A stretch of 44,092 bases of DNA from a virus (IMGVR_UViG_3300032288_004906:1-44092); one strand, 5' to 3'. Counted from the stretch's first letter, positions 9,788-18,133 are shown. Program-made: numbers and translations. The notes: generated from the letters alone by a model not told the origin.

Positions 9788-12371
9788 TTTCACGCCGCCG
9801 TCGGGCGTCCGCCGCGAGGCCGAGTACGGCCTGAAACTCCGTCGTGAGTACGGTCGCGGCGGTACAGCCGTCGGCATCGCCCGCGCACGCGACCTGTCGA
9901 ACGGCAAGGAGTTGTCTCCGTCGACGCTCCGCCGGATGAAGGCGTACTTCGATCGCCATCAGTCAGACCAGCAGGGCGACGGATTCAATCGCGGCGACAA
10001 GGGCTGGCCGTCGAACGGGTACATCGCCGCCAAACTCTGGGGCGGCTTCCAGAGTGGCTACTCGTGGGCGAAGAAGGTCGTCGAACAGATGAACGCCGCC
10101 GACGAGGAGAGTCGCAGCCTCCGACCCAAGGGATCGACGTTCGGCATCGAGCCGCGTGTCGTCGTTGTGCATGGGCCTCCGGGCAGCGGCAAGGCCGACT
10201 ACGTGCGAGAGCACAAGGGCGAGAACGATGTCGTGTTCGAGTTCGACTCGATCATGAGGGCCCTCTCTGGCGGGCCGAAGAACGACAACCTGATCTCTTA
10301 TTGTCTGGATATTCGGAACCTTATTCTGGAAAAGTCGCTCCGCAAGCCGAAGGTCGACTGCACGTGGGTCATCGCGACGCGAGTGGACGACGATTTCCGG
10401 AGGGCTCTCGGAGACGTGCCGGTGCGGTACGTCGAAATGGAGGCCTCGAAAGACGAGTGCCTTCGTCGTGTCTCGGAAGACCCTTCAAGACAGGACGTCT
10501 TGGATGAGACGAAGGACGTGATCGAGCGGTATTTCAGCGAAAGGAGTTCGCCCGTGGCCTCGAACGTCGAACGTCGGTATCTCGGTGCGTTCTCCTCCGT
10601 CGAGCGGGCCGACCCGCAACTACTCGGCGTCGAGCGTCGGGCTGACCCGGAGACCGGCAAGACGCGGACGTACATCGTCGGGTATGCCGCCAAATTCCAG
10701 ACGGACAGTTTGCTGCTGGGAGATTTCGTCGAGCGGATCGCACCGTCGGCGTTCGAGATCGTCGAGAAGCGAGAGGACTTCGACGGCAAGCCTCTGGAGA
10801 CCCGGTGCCTGTTCAACCACAGTCCGGACCATCTCCTCGGCCGCTTCCCGAACACACTGCGAATGTGGGTCGACGAGGTCGGACTTCGGTACGAATGCCT
10901 GCTGCCAGAGTCGCGTCAAGATTTGGCTGAACTCATCGAAAGAGGCGATTTGCGTGGCTCAAGTTTCAGTTTCGTGGTCGCCGATGGCGGGGAGCGATGG
11001 TCGACCGAGAACGGCCAGTCGATCAGGACCGTGACCCGCATCAAGTCTTTGCTGGATGTTTCCCCAGTCACTTACCCGGCGTACGGCGACGCCACGGTCG
11101 CTGTTGCCAAGCGGTCCTACGAACACTTCATCGCCGAGAAGAAGCAGAAGGTCGAGACGCGTTCGTTCGTGAAGGATAAGGCTGCCTCGATCCGTGCCGA
11201 GACCGAGAAGTTCCTCGCGGAGCGGCGGGCATTCTGCCCGACTGGCGACGGCGGCGGAGTCGACAACTCGTGCGGCGCTGGTGGAGGTAGCGGTCAGGGC
11301 TCCGACGAAAAAGCGGTCTTGCAAAAAAAGGCTGTCACCTCGTCCGGTTCCGCGACCACGGGAGCCGTACTCGGCGCGACTGTCGGGTTGGTCGGAGGCC
11401 TCCCGGGGGTGCTTGTCGGGACAGCGACAGGCGCGATTCTCGGCGCAATCATTGACGCGTTCAAAACTTCCAAGCAGAAAGCCAAGAGCGAGTCTTTAAG
11501 GAAATCCATCGGCGTGTCGGACAAGCAACTTCAAGGCGTTGCCGACTCTCTCATGGGTGGAGAGAAGGTTGACGTGTCGGTGGCAGACGAGAACACGCTG
11601 ATGCTCTCTTCAGAGTCATCAGACTGGTACGCGTGGCTGTCGCCTTCGAGTCAGTTTGGCAGCAAAGAGCCGGGCGCTTCTCTGCATGTCGTCCCACCCG
11701 GCGCGGACGTTGACGTGCCGTCCATGGAAAAGGCGGCGAATGTCATGGGGGCGAAGTTCGTCTCCGTGGAGGCGTGGAGCGACGGGGACGCCAAAATGCT
11801 TGAGTCCAAGGGCTACAAGAGAATTGATGAATCGCCCGGTGGTTTCTCCATAAGCAAGGGCATCTACGAGAAGAAACTCGGAAAGTCCAAGAGGTCGGCC
11901 GAAGTCGCGAAAGAAATTCGCACCTTCCTCTCCGAGAGACGCTCCGGCGACTGCGGCCGGGACGACAGTGGCCGGTTCGGCTCCGGCAACGAATGCCAGC
12001 AGGACGGCGGCAAGTACATGGAGATGCCGAAGGGCGACAAGTCGAAGGCCCAGAAGTTCATCGACGACGCCCGTGAAGGACAACTCCGACGCGGCGGCAA
12101 GGACGGAGGCAAGTCGGACGACGGCGGCGGCGTCCAGACGTGGAGCAAGGGCGACGACTTCCCATGGACCCCAAAGCGTGTCGGCACCGACGAGGGCTAC
12201 ATCCAAGGGACGCATCCGGACGGCAGCACGACGGAGAAGTATCCGTTCAAAGGCGGGAATACCGATGAGGCGTTCCGGCTGATGCGTGAGGAGATCAAGA
12301 AGTTCGGCCGGAAGCGGTCGTCCGAGGTCGTCATCGAGACCCTCCGTTTCCTTCGCGAGAGGGCACGATGA
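9756..12371 (+). CDS. HK97-type prohead protease embedded in an 871-aa multidomain protein (N-terminal helical domain, P-loop kinase-like domain, protease, glycine-zipper domain, small C-terminal domain)
   Basis: Protease motifs IVGYAAKF, FVERIAPSAF, LFNHSPDHLLGR, GSSFSF, LDVSPVTYPAY (~10670-11085); P-loop GPPGSGK at 10173; Cys tags at 11220 and 11934. Confidence 0.9.
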   Translation: MAIPEKYSHIDFTPPSGVRREAEYGLKLRREYGRGGTAVGIARARDLSNGKELSPSTLRRMKAYFDRHQSDQQGDGFNRGDKGWPSNGYIAAKLWGGFQSGYSWAKKVVEQMNAADEESRSLRPKGSTFGIEPRVVVVHGPPGSGKADYVREHKGENDVVFEFDSIMRALSGGPKNDNLISYCLDIRNLILEKSLRKPKVDCTWVIATRVDDDFRRALGDVPVRYVEMEASKDECLRRVSEDPSRQDVLDETKDVIERYFSERSSPVASNVERRYLGAFSSVERADPQLLGVERRADPETGKTRTYIVGYAAKFQTDSLLLGDFVERIAPSAFEIVEKREDFDGKPLETRCLFNHSPDHLLGRFPNTLRMWVDEVGLRYECLLPESRQDLAELIERGDLRGSSFSFVVADGGERWSTENGQSIRTVTRIKSLLDVSPVTYPAYGDATVAVAKRSYEHFIAEKKQKVETRSFVKDKAASIRAETEKFLAERRAFCPTGDGGGVDNSCGAGGGSGQGSDEKAVLQKKAVTSSGSATTGAVLGATVGLVGGLPGVLVGTATGAILGAIIDAFKTSKQKAKSESLRKSIGVSDKQLQGVADSLMGGEKVDVSVADENTLMLSSESSDWYAWLSPSSQFGSKEPGASLHVVPPGADVDVPSMEKAANVMGAKFVSVEAWSDGDAKMLESKGYKRIDESPGGFSISKGIYEKKLGKSKRSAEVAKEIRTFLSERRSGDCGRDDSGRFGSGNECQQDGGKYMEMPKGDKSKAQKFIDDAREGQLRRGGKDGGKSDDGGGVQTWSKGDDFPWTPKRVGTDEGYIQGTHPDGSTTEKYPFKGGNTDEAFRLMREEIKKFGRKRSSEVVIETLRFLRERAR

Positions 12372-13096
12372 CAATCTCGCTGTCCACGCAGTGCAGGATC
12401 GCGAGCATCTACGCGTTCGCTGAATCCCGCAACTGCGGCACGGGATCGGGCGGTTTCCAGAAGGGAAATACGTGTGCGTCAGGCCTCATCGCGGACGCCA
12501 CCAAGGGCGCCGTGAAGGGCGCCGCCAGCGGGGCTACGATTGCAGCCGGGGCGCTGTCTCCGACGCCGCAGCACATCGCTGCCGGTGCTGGCGTCGGCGC
12601 TGCCGTCGGACTCGTGAAAGGTATCCGCGACAACCGGCTCCGGCCGACGCGGGTGCTCAAGAAGATTGAGTCGATCGGCTCGTCTGAGGAGAAGGTCGCG
12701 GCCTTGGTCGAGAAACTCGGCGGCACCCCGAAGTCGTCGGCCGACGTCACCGGAAAGAAACTTGTCCTGACCATCCGGGACAAGGAAGGCAAGAAGTCCT
12801 TCCACGTCGAGATGGATGAAGATGAGATCGTCGTCTATCCACGCAAGGCCACGGGGCAACTCAGCGGCTCCGAGATCGAGCGGGTCAAGGAGATTGCCTC
12901 CGAGGCCGCTGGCAAGACGGTCGCTGTCGTCGTGAAGGAAAACTCGAAGGCCTACTCAGCAAAACTCGTGAAGAGTGGTTTCAAGGTCGCCGCAAACGCC
13001 GCAGGCGAACTGATCGCGTCGACGGTTGTTCCTCCAGTGGCGGACACCGTCGTCGGAGACCTCATCTATGCGGCGAAAAAAGCCAGAGGACGGTAA
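12368..13096 (+). CDS. Cys-tagged glycine-zipper protein, putative head cargo
   Basis: ESR|NCGTGSGGFQKGNTC tag at 12422, then GxxxG-rich hydrophobic segments; resembles the glycine-zipper domain in the protease. Confidence 0.7.
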   Translation: MTISLSTQCRIASIYAFAESRNCGTGSGGFQKGNTCASGLIADATKGAVKGAASGATIAAGALSPTPQHIAAGAGVGAAVGLVKGIRDNRLRPTRVLKKIESIGSSEEKVAALVEKLGGTPKSSADVTGKKLVLTIRDKEGKKSFHVEMDEDEIVVYPRKATGQLSGSEIERVKEIASEAAGKTVAVVVKENSKAYSAKLVKSGFKVAANAAGELIASTVVPPVADTVVGDLIYAAKKARGR

Positions 13097-13291
13097 ATGT
13101 CTCTGTGTTCTGGGTGCAACTGCACGAAGCCCGGATGCCGTGGGCGGATGACGACTCGTTCGAGTCGCGCCAGCGGCGAGTATCAGATCCGCTATCTCAA
13201 GTGCCATCAGTGTGGGACGACGGCGAGGTCAGTGGTCACTGCGAGCAACGCTCGCTCGATCGTTCTCCGTCGAGCGACCACTCAGCCGTAG
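13097..13291 (+). CDS. Small zinc-finger protein, Ogr/Delta-like (possible late regulator)
   Basis: Cys clusters CSGCNCTKPGC and RYLKCHQCG flanking TRSSR, similar in layout to Ogr/Delta zinc fingers. Confidence 0.55.
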   Translation: MSLCSGCNCTKPGCRGRMTTRSSRASGEYQIRYLKCHQCGTTARSVVTASNARSIVLRRATTQP

Positions 13292-13310
13292 TGTTGTGTC
13301 GCACAACACT
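13290..13310. promoter_or_regulatory. Perfect inverted repeat AGTGTTGTG-tcg-CACAACACT upstream of the capsid gene
   Basis: 9-bp arms, 3-nt spacer, ~95 nt before the capsid ATG; function inferred. Confidence 0.5.
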
Positions 13311-13403
13311 GCCCTTCTTCTGGGCTGAGTCCGATTCCCTCTAGTTTGAACCTGTCGCCCGCTTGCGGCGGCTGTTCACAAACCACGCAGGGAAGCAGAA
13401 CTC

Positions 13404-14888
13404 ATGGAAGCCTCCGCCAAGATCAAGTCTCTCCTCGACGAACTGGCTGCCGTCCTCGCCGAGATGGGCGCCCTTCAGGATGAGATGCCCGCAGAGCGGG
13501 AGATGCCCGTCGCCGAGGAGATGAGCGACGAGGAGAAGGAGGAGAAGGGTTACAAGCCCGAAGAGTCCGAGGTCGAGGACACCGAGGCGATGCCGGGTGT
13601 CGACGAGGAGGACGAGGAGAAGGAGCGGAAACTCCGCTGCCTCTGCGAGCGGGCCGAGAAACTCCGCGACAAGATCAAGTTCTACGAGGGCGTGGCGGCG
13701 AAGGAACTCGAACTCCGCACCGTTCTCGACAAGGCCACTCCGGCTTCGGAAGTGGCGTCCATTCGTCCCGCCACCAAGGAGGCCCGTTCCGTGTCGATCT
13801 ACCACAACCTGCCGGGTGCTGGTCGCCTGAAGAATTTCCGTGGCGCGAACGCCGAAGAGCGTGCTTACCGTGCCGGTCAGTATTTCCGTGCCACGCTGCT
13901 CGGCGACAAGAACGCCGCTCGGTGGTGTGCTGACCACGGCGTCGAGAGCCGTGCCCAGAACGAGGGCGTCAACTCGCAGGGCGGAATTTTCGTGCAGGAC
14001 GAAGTCCTGAACGAGATCATCGTCTTGGTCGAGGAATACGGTGCGTTCCCGAAGAACGCCCGCAACGTCCAGATGAAGTCTGACACCCTCATCGTCCCCC
14101 GCCGGACCGGTGGCCTGAAGGCTTACTTCGTCGGCGAGAACACCAGCGTCACGGACAGTGATGCGTCGTGGGATCGCGTGCAACTCGTCGCCAAGAAGGT
14201 GGCGGTCGCCAACCGGATGTCGAGCGAGATTCTGGAGGACAGCGTCCTGAATCTGGCCGACTACATCACGGGCGAGGTGGCTCGCTCGCTGGCCGAGTTG
14301 ATCGACACCGTGGGCTTCGTGGGCACGGGCTCCGGGGACCACGGCGGCATCATCGGTGCTTGCACGAAGATCGTCGACGGCAACCACAACGCGTCGGTCG
14401 TGACGGCTGCCGCCGGTAACACCGGTGCCCAGACGCTCGACGTCGACGACCTGATCGCCGCCGCCGGACGGCTCCCGCTGTTCGCTCGGGCGAATGCTCG
14501 CTGGTTCTGCTCGCCCGCCGTCTTCGCGGCCAGCGTGCAGCGGCTCGGCCTCGTGAACAACGTCGGCCTCGCCGGTGGGAACACGGCTGCGAACCTCGCG
14601 GCCGGTGCCGAACTGCGGCTGCTTGGCTACCCCGTGGAGTTCGTCCACGTGATGCCCAGCACCGTCGGTGCCGACCCGGGCAAGGTGCTGTTCCTCTTCG
14701 GCGACCTGTCGATGGGCTCGATGTACGCGACTCGTCGCGGCCTCACCCTGAAGACCTCGACGGACCGCTACGCGGAACTTGACCAGACCCTGATCGTCGC
14801 CACCAGCCGCTTCGACTGCGTCACGCACGACTGCGGCGACAACTCGAAGGCTGGTCCGATCGTGGCCCTCAAGACCGCTGCTTCTTGA
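13404..14888 (+). CDS. Major capsid protein, HK97 fold, with N-terminal delta (scaffold) domain
   Basis: Acidic coiled-coil N-terminus, then VESR|AQNEGVNSQGGIFV, SSEILEDS, FVGTGSG, LLGYPV, FGDLS. Confidence 0.95.
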   Translation: MEASAKIKSLLDELAAVLAEMGALQDEMPAEREMPVAEEMSDEEKEEKGYKPEESEVEDTEAMPGVDEEDEEKERKLRCLCERAEKLRDKIKFYEGVAAKELELRTVLDKATPASEVASIRPATKEARSVSIYHNLPGAGRLKNFRGANAEERAYRAGQYFRATLLGDKNAARWCADHGVESRAQNEGVNSQGGIFVQDEVLNEIIVLVEEYGAFPKNARNVQMKSDTLIVPRRTGGLKAYFVGENTSVTDSDASWDRVQLVAKKVAVANRMSSEILEDSVLNLADYITGEVARSLAELIDTVGFVGTGSGDHGGIIGACTKIVDGNHNASVVTAAAGNTGAQTLDVDDLIAAAGRLPLFARANARWFCSPAVFAASVQRLGLVNNVGLAGGNTAANLAAGAELRLLGYPVEFVHVMPSTVGADPGKVLFLFGDLSMGSMYATRRGLTLKTSTDRYAELDQTLIVATSRFDCVTHDCGDNSKAGPIVALKTAAS

Positions 14889-14933
14889 TAAGTACGGACA
14901 CTCACACCCACCCCTGACTGGAGAAGACTGAAG

Positions 14934-15350
14934 ATGGCTAATCATCTCGAAGGCACGAAGACCGTTGCGAAGGTGGCGAGCGTCACGACCGACGGCGGCA
15001 CGTTCACCCACGAGATCGACACCTACGGTGCCGATTACGTGTCGGTCGACGTCGTCTACTCGACGTTCACCGCGACCTCGTCCGCCTACGCCACCCTCAA
15101 GGTGCAGCACAGCGACACGAGCGGCAGCGGCCAGACGGACGTGCTGACGACGACTGCGGTGGCTGGTCTCACGACCGGCAACCACGTCGCCCGGTTTAAC
15201 GTCGACATGCGTGGCAAGAAGCGTTACCTGACGGTCGTTGGCTCTCCCGCCAAGCCCGCCACGGTCTGCTCGGTCGCCCGTCTCTCGAAGATGGAAGACG
15301 AGCCGTACAACGCGGCCACCGCTGGCGTGAGCAACTACGTTTCCGGCTGA
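14934..15350 (+). CDS. Putative head decoration / minor capsid protein
   Basis: 138-aa Thr/Val-rich beta protein right after the capsid gene, with LKVQHSD and KRYL motifs. Confidence 0.55.
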   Translation: MANHLEGTKTVAKVASVTTDGGTFTHEIDTYGADYVSVDVVYSTFTATSSAYATLKVQHSDTSGSGQTDVLTTTAVAGLTTGNHVARFNVDMRGKKRYLTVVGSPAKPATVCSVARLSKMEDEPYNAATAGVSNYVSG

Positions 15351-15418
15351 GTCACGGAAGACTCGTCTGGGCATGGACGCCCAAGCCATTTCACAACCGG
15401 AGGGCTTGGAGTCGATGA

Positions 15419-16180
15419 ATGAGAGTTCTGGTCGGGAACGTCGAGCATGACGTCAAGATCGCGGCTGCGATGAGCATGCCGCGACTTGCGTTTACTGACA
15501 ATTTCTTCTGCACGCTGTCAGCGTTTACGCATCACGGCATCCACGTCACCAAGGGCACGGGCGCCTTCTGGGACCAGACGATGACGCGGATCCTCACCGA
15601 ACTCTGCAAGGAGGAGGATGGGAACCAGTTCATCGTCACGGCCGACTACGACAGCGTCTACGAGCCCGACTGCCTGACGAGGCTCGTGGCGGCGATGCTG
15701 ATCAGCGGCGTCGACGCGTTGGCTCCGCTCCAGATGAAGCGTGACGACAAGATGCTGATGTTCACGCCCGCTGGCCTCGGCGGGAAGGGCGCTCAGGAGG
15801 TCACGCTCCCGAATGAGTGGTGGGAGGAGCCAGCCCAGCCCGTGGACACGATGCACTTCGGCCTGACCATCCTTCGCGCATCTGCCCTTCGCCGGATGCC
15901 GAAGCCGTGGTTCCTTGGGATCCCCAGCGAGGACGGCGACTGGGGCGAGTTCCGAAAAGACCCGGACATCTATTTCTGGCACAAGTGGCGAGAGTGCGGG
16001 AACACGATGGCCGTCTGCCCTCAGGTGGCGATCGGCCATGCGGAACTCGTCATCACGTGGCCCGACCAGCGGCTGAAGGCCATCCATCAGTACCCGACGC
16101 ACTACTGGAATGCCGGAGGCAAGCGTCCTCCGGAGGCGTGGGGTTCAGAGAATCACGCAGAGAGGTCTCGCAAATGTTGA
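15419..16180 (+). CDS. GT-A fold (family 2-like) glycosyltransferase
   Basis: DxD motif (TADYD), HFGLTIL...PKPWF, DPDIYFW, VAIGH. Confidence 0.7.
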   Translation: MRVLVGNVEHDVKIAAAMSMPRLAFTDNFFCTLSAFTHHGIHVTKGTGAFWDQTMTRILTELCKEEDGNQFIVTADYDSVYEPDCLTRLVAAMLISGVDALAPLQMKRDDKMLMFTPAGLGGKGAQEVTLPNEWWEEPAQPVDTMHFGLTILRASALRRMPKPWFLGIPSEDGDWGEFRKDPDIYFWHKWRECGNTMAVCPQVAIGHAELVITWPDQRLKAIHQYPTHYWNAGGKRPPEAWGSENHAERSRKC

Positions 16181-16389
16181 AGGTCAGATTGCTGAAGGAC
16201 TGGAACTGGAAGAAGGCTGGAGACGTCGTCGACGTCTTCGAGCCGACGGGCAGGAACTGGATTTTGAACGGGATCGCCGAGTCTGTCAGCGAGTCCCGCA
16301 CTGTTGATGTCGAGCGTGCAGCGGAACCACCGGACGGGGTCGAGCGTGCTGTCGTCTCCGAGAAAAGAAGGATGGCGAAGAGACCGTGA
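16174..16389 (+). CDS. Small head-associated hypothetical protein
   Basis: MLKVRLLKDW...AGDVVDV...WILNGIAE; overlaps neighbouring genes at both ends. Confidence 0.65.
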   Translation: MLKVRLLKDWNWKKAGDVVDVFEPTGRNWILNGIAESVSESRTVDVERAAEPPDGVERAVVSEKRRMAKRP

Positions 16390-17012
16390 ATTACTACGAA
16401 GTCGTCAGTCGCGGGAACATGAAGTACCGGTCGATCCGACGGATCACTGATCCGGTCGTCGAGCCGGTGACTGTGGCCGAGGCCAAGGCCCACCTGAGGG
16501 TCGACGTCGACTTCACGGACGACGACCTGTACATCCAGAGCCTGATCTCTGCGGCCCGGATGCACGTCGAGACCGTGAGCGACCGGACGCTGATCCGGTC
16601 TCAGTGGCAGATCAAGTTCGACGTCTTCCCGTCGTGGGACATCGAACTGCCGCATCCGCCGATCATGCCGGACGCCGTCAGCGTGTCGTACGTGCCGTCG
16701 GACGCGGCGTCACAGCCAGTCCCGTTCACGAACTTCCGCACCGACAGAGACTCGACCCCTGCCGTGATCCGGCCCCAGTGGAACGGATCGTGGCCGTCGG
16801 CAAGAGGAGCCGAGAACGACGTGACGGTGACGTACTGGTCTGGCTACGGCGACAGCGGTCAGAGCGTTCCGGCACCGGCCCGTCACTGCATTCTGCTGCT
16901 CGTCGGGCACTGGTACTCGACCCGAGAGGCCGTCGTGCTGGGCGGCATGAACCCGGTCCCGATGGCCGTCGACATCCTGATGGGCTCGATCAACTGGGGG
17001 CAGTACCGGTGA
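16386..17012 (+). CDS. Head-tail connector (gp6-like)
   Basis: EPVTVAEAKAHLRVD...DDDLYIQSLISAAR...ILLLVGHWYSTRE. Confidence 0.9.
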   Translation: MNYYEVVSRGNMKYRSIRRITDPVVEPVTVAEAKAHLRVDVDFTDDDLYIQSLISAARMHVETVSDRTLIRSQWQIKFDVFPSWDIELPHPPIMPDAVSVSYVPSDAASQPVPFTNFRTDRDSTPAVIRPQWNGSWPSARGAENDVTVTYWSGYGDSGQSVPAPARHCILLLVGHWYSTREAVVLGGMNPVPMAVDILMGSINWGQYR

Positions 17013-17341
17013 TCCGCTCGGGAGACCTGCGAGAGTCGGTGCGGATCGAGTCTCCGACGGAGACCTCGAACGACTTTGGTGAGGCGACCATCACATGGTC
17101 TGAGTTCGCGAACCGCAGGGCGGCGATTCGCGGCATGAGGACAGACGAACTGATCGACGCTCAGGGGCCATACACCGTGGCGACCCACGAGGTCGAGTTC
17201 CGCTACCTCCCCGGCCTGAAGGCCGACATGCGACTCGTGTGGACGAGCCGCTCACCGGCGAGAGTCTTGGACATCATCTCGATCACTGAGCAAAACAACC
17301 GCGAGTCGCAGCGGCTCATCTGCAAGGAACAGGTCTCGTGA
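17009..17341 (+). CDS. Head closure / head-tail adaptor (SPP1 gp16-like)
   Basis: GTG overlaps the connector stop; GDLRESVRIE...FGE...W...THEVEFRY...MRL. Confidence 0.8.
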   Translation: MIRSGDLRESVRIESPTETSNDFGEATITWSEFANRRAAIRGMRTDELIDAQGPYTVATHEVEFRYLPGLKADMRLVWTSRSPARVLDIISITEQNNRESQRLICKEQVS

Positions 17342-17730
17342 CGATTGAACTCGAAGGTCTGGACGACGTTCTGGACGCCATTCGGCGAATACCGACCACG
17401 CTGGGCACTCGCGTCGTCTTCGAGGACGTCTCTCAGATTTTTGCCGACCGCCTCCGGGCCGCGACGCCGCCGGGGTACAGCGGGAGACTCGGAAAGTCAG
17501 TCCTCTGGGAGGCTGATGAGGACGGCGGTCTCGTCGGGTTCGAGGAGGGCGTCGAGACGGCTGGGAATCCTCGTCTGGAGAGCGTCCTTCGGCCGCAGAC
17601 TCGCGGCAGGAGCGTCCTGCGGTGGGTGTCCGTGGACGAGTTGGAGACCCTGACCGAGGAGGCATTCGACGCCTACGCCAAGGAAGGCGTCCTCTACATG
17701 GAAAGGGCTCTGGCCGATGGCATTTCCTGA
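17338..17730 (+). CDS. Tail completion / neck protein (HK97 gp10-like)
   Basis: Position; IELEGLDDV...TP...SGRLGKSV...EEG. Confidence 0.6.
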   Translation: MTIELEGLDDVLDAIRRIPTTLGTRVVFEDVSQIFADRLRAATPPGYSGRLGKSVLWEADEDGGLVGFEEGVETAGNPRLESVLRPQTRGRSVLRWVSVDELETLTEEAFDAYAKEGVLYMERALADGIS

Positions 17731-18112
17731 AAAGTGGCTCCGGTCACGACTCGACTCTGCCACGACCGCTGGCATCTACCCGGTGCTGGCCGTCCAGAAC
17801 GCGTCCTACCCTCTGGTCGTCTACCGCCGGACAGGTACACGACGCGACCGTGGTCTCACTGGCAACTTCGGAGTCCCGGTCGCCACGTTCTCGGTCTCGG
17901 TCGTGGCCGAGACATACACGCAGGTCAAGGAGATCGCCGACGCGATTCGGCTGGCGTGCGACAACTTTACGGGAGACGCCTTGGGGGTGAGGATCATACA
18001 GACGGTTCTTGCCTCCGAGTCCGACAACATGGAACGACCGCCGGAAGGACAGGCGAAGCCGCTGTACAGGGTTGATCAGGTTTACGAGGTTCGTTTCCAA
18101 GAATCCGTCTAG
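17717..18112 (+). CDS. Tail terminator protein
   Basis: IYPVLA...YPLVVYRR...AETYTQVKEIADAIR; lies before the tail tube gene. Confidence 0.75.
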   Translation: MAFPEKWLRSRLDSATTAGIYPVLAVQNASYPLVVYRRTGTRRDRGLTGNFGVPVATFSVSVVAETYTQVKEIADAIRLACDNFTGDALGVRIIQTVLASESDNMERPPEGQAKPLYRVDQVYEVRFQESV

Positions 18113-18133
18113 CGTCCAAGGAGGGACGAAAAC

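Larger units (their letters stand above)
2070..12475 (+). repeat. Dispersed in-frame Cys-pair peptide repeats, 11 copies. Type A (R-AFCxTGxGGG[VI]DNSCG) at 2070, 8213, 8687, 11220. Type B (R-x2-4-CG[RQ]xxxG[KR]FxxxNxC) at 2835, 4073, 5750, 6764, 7766, 11934. Hybrid at 12422
   Basis: Read directly from the translations of four adjacent ORFs; type A copies are also near-identical in DNA (ttctgc...ggcg...tcgacaa[ct]tcgtgcgg). Confidence 0.95.

Noticed and set aside
2070-12475. Cys-tag repeats as a CRISPR array or DGR template/variable repeats
   Set aside because: They are in-frame, hundreds to thousands of bases apart and vary mostly at synonymous positions; no cas or reverse transcriptase gene in the window
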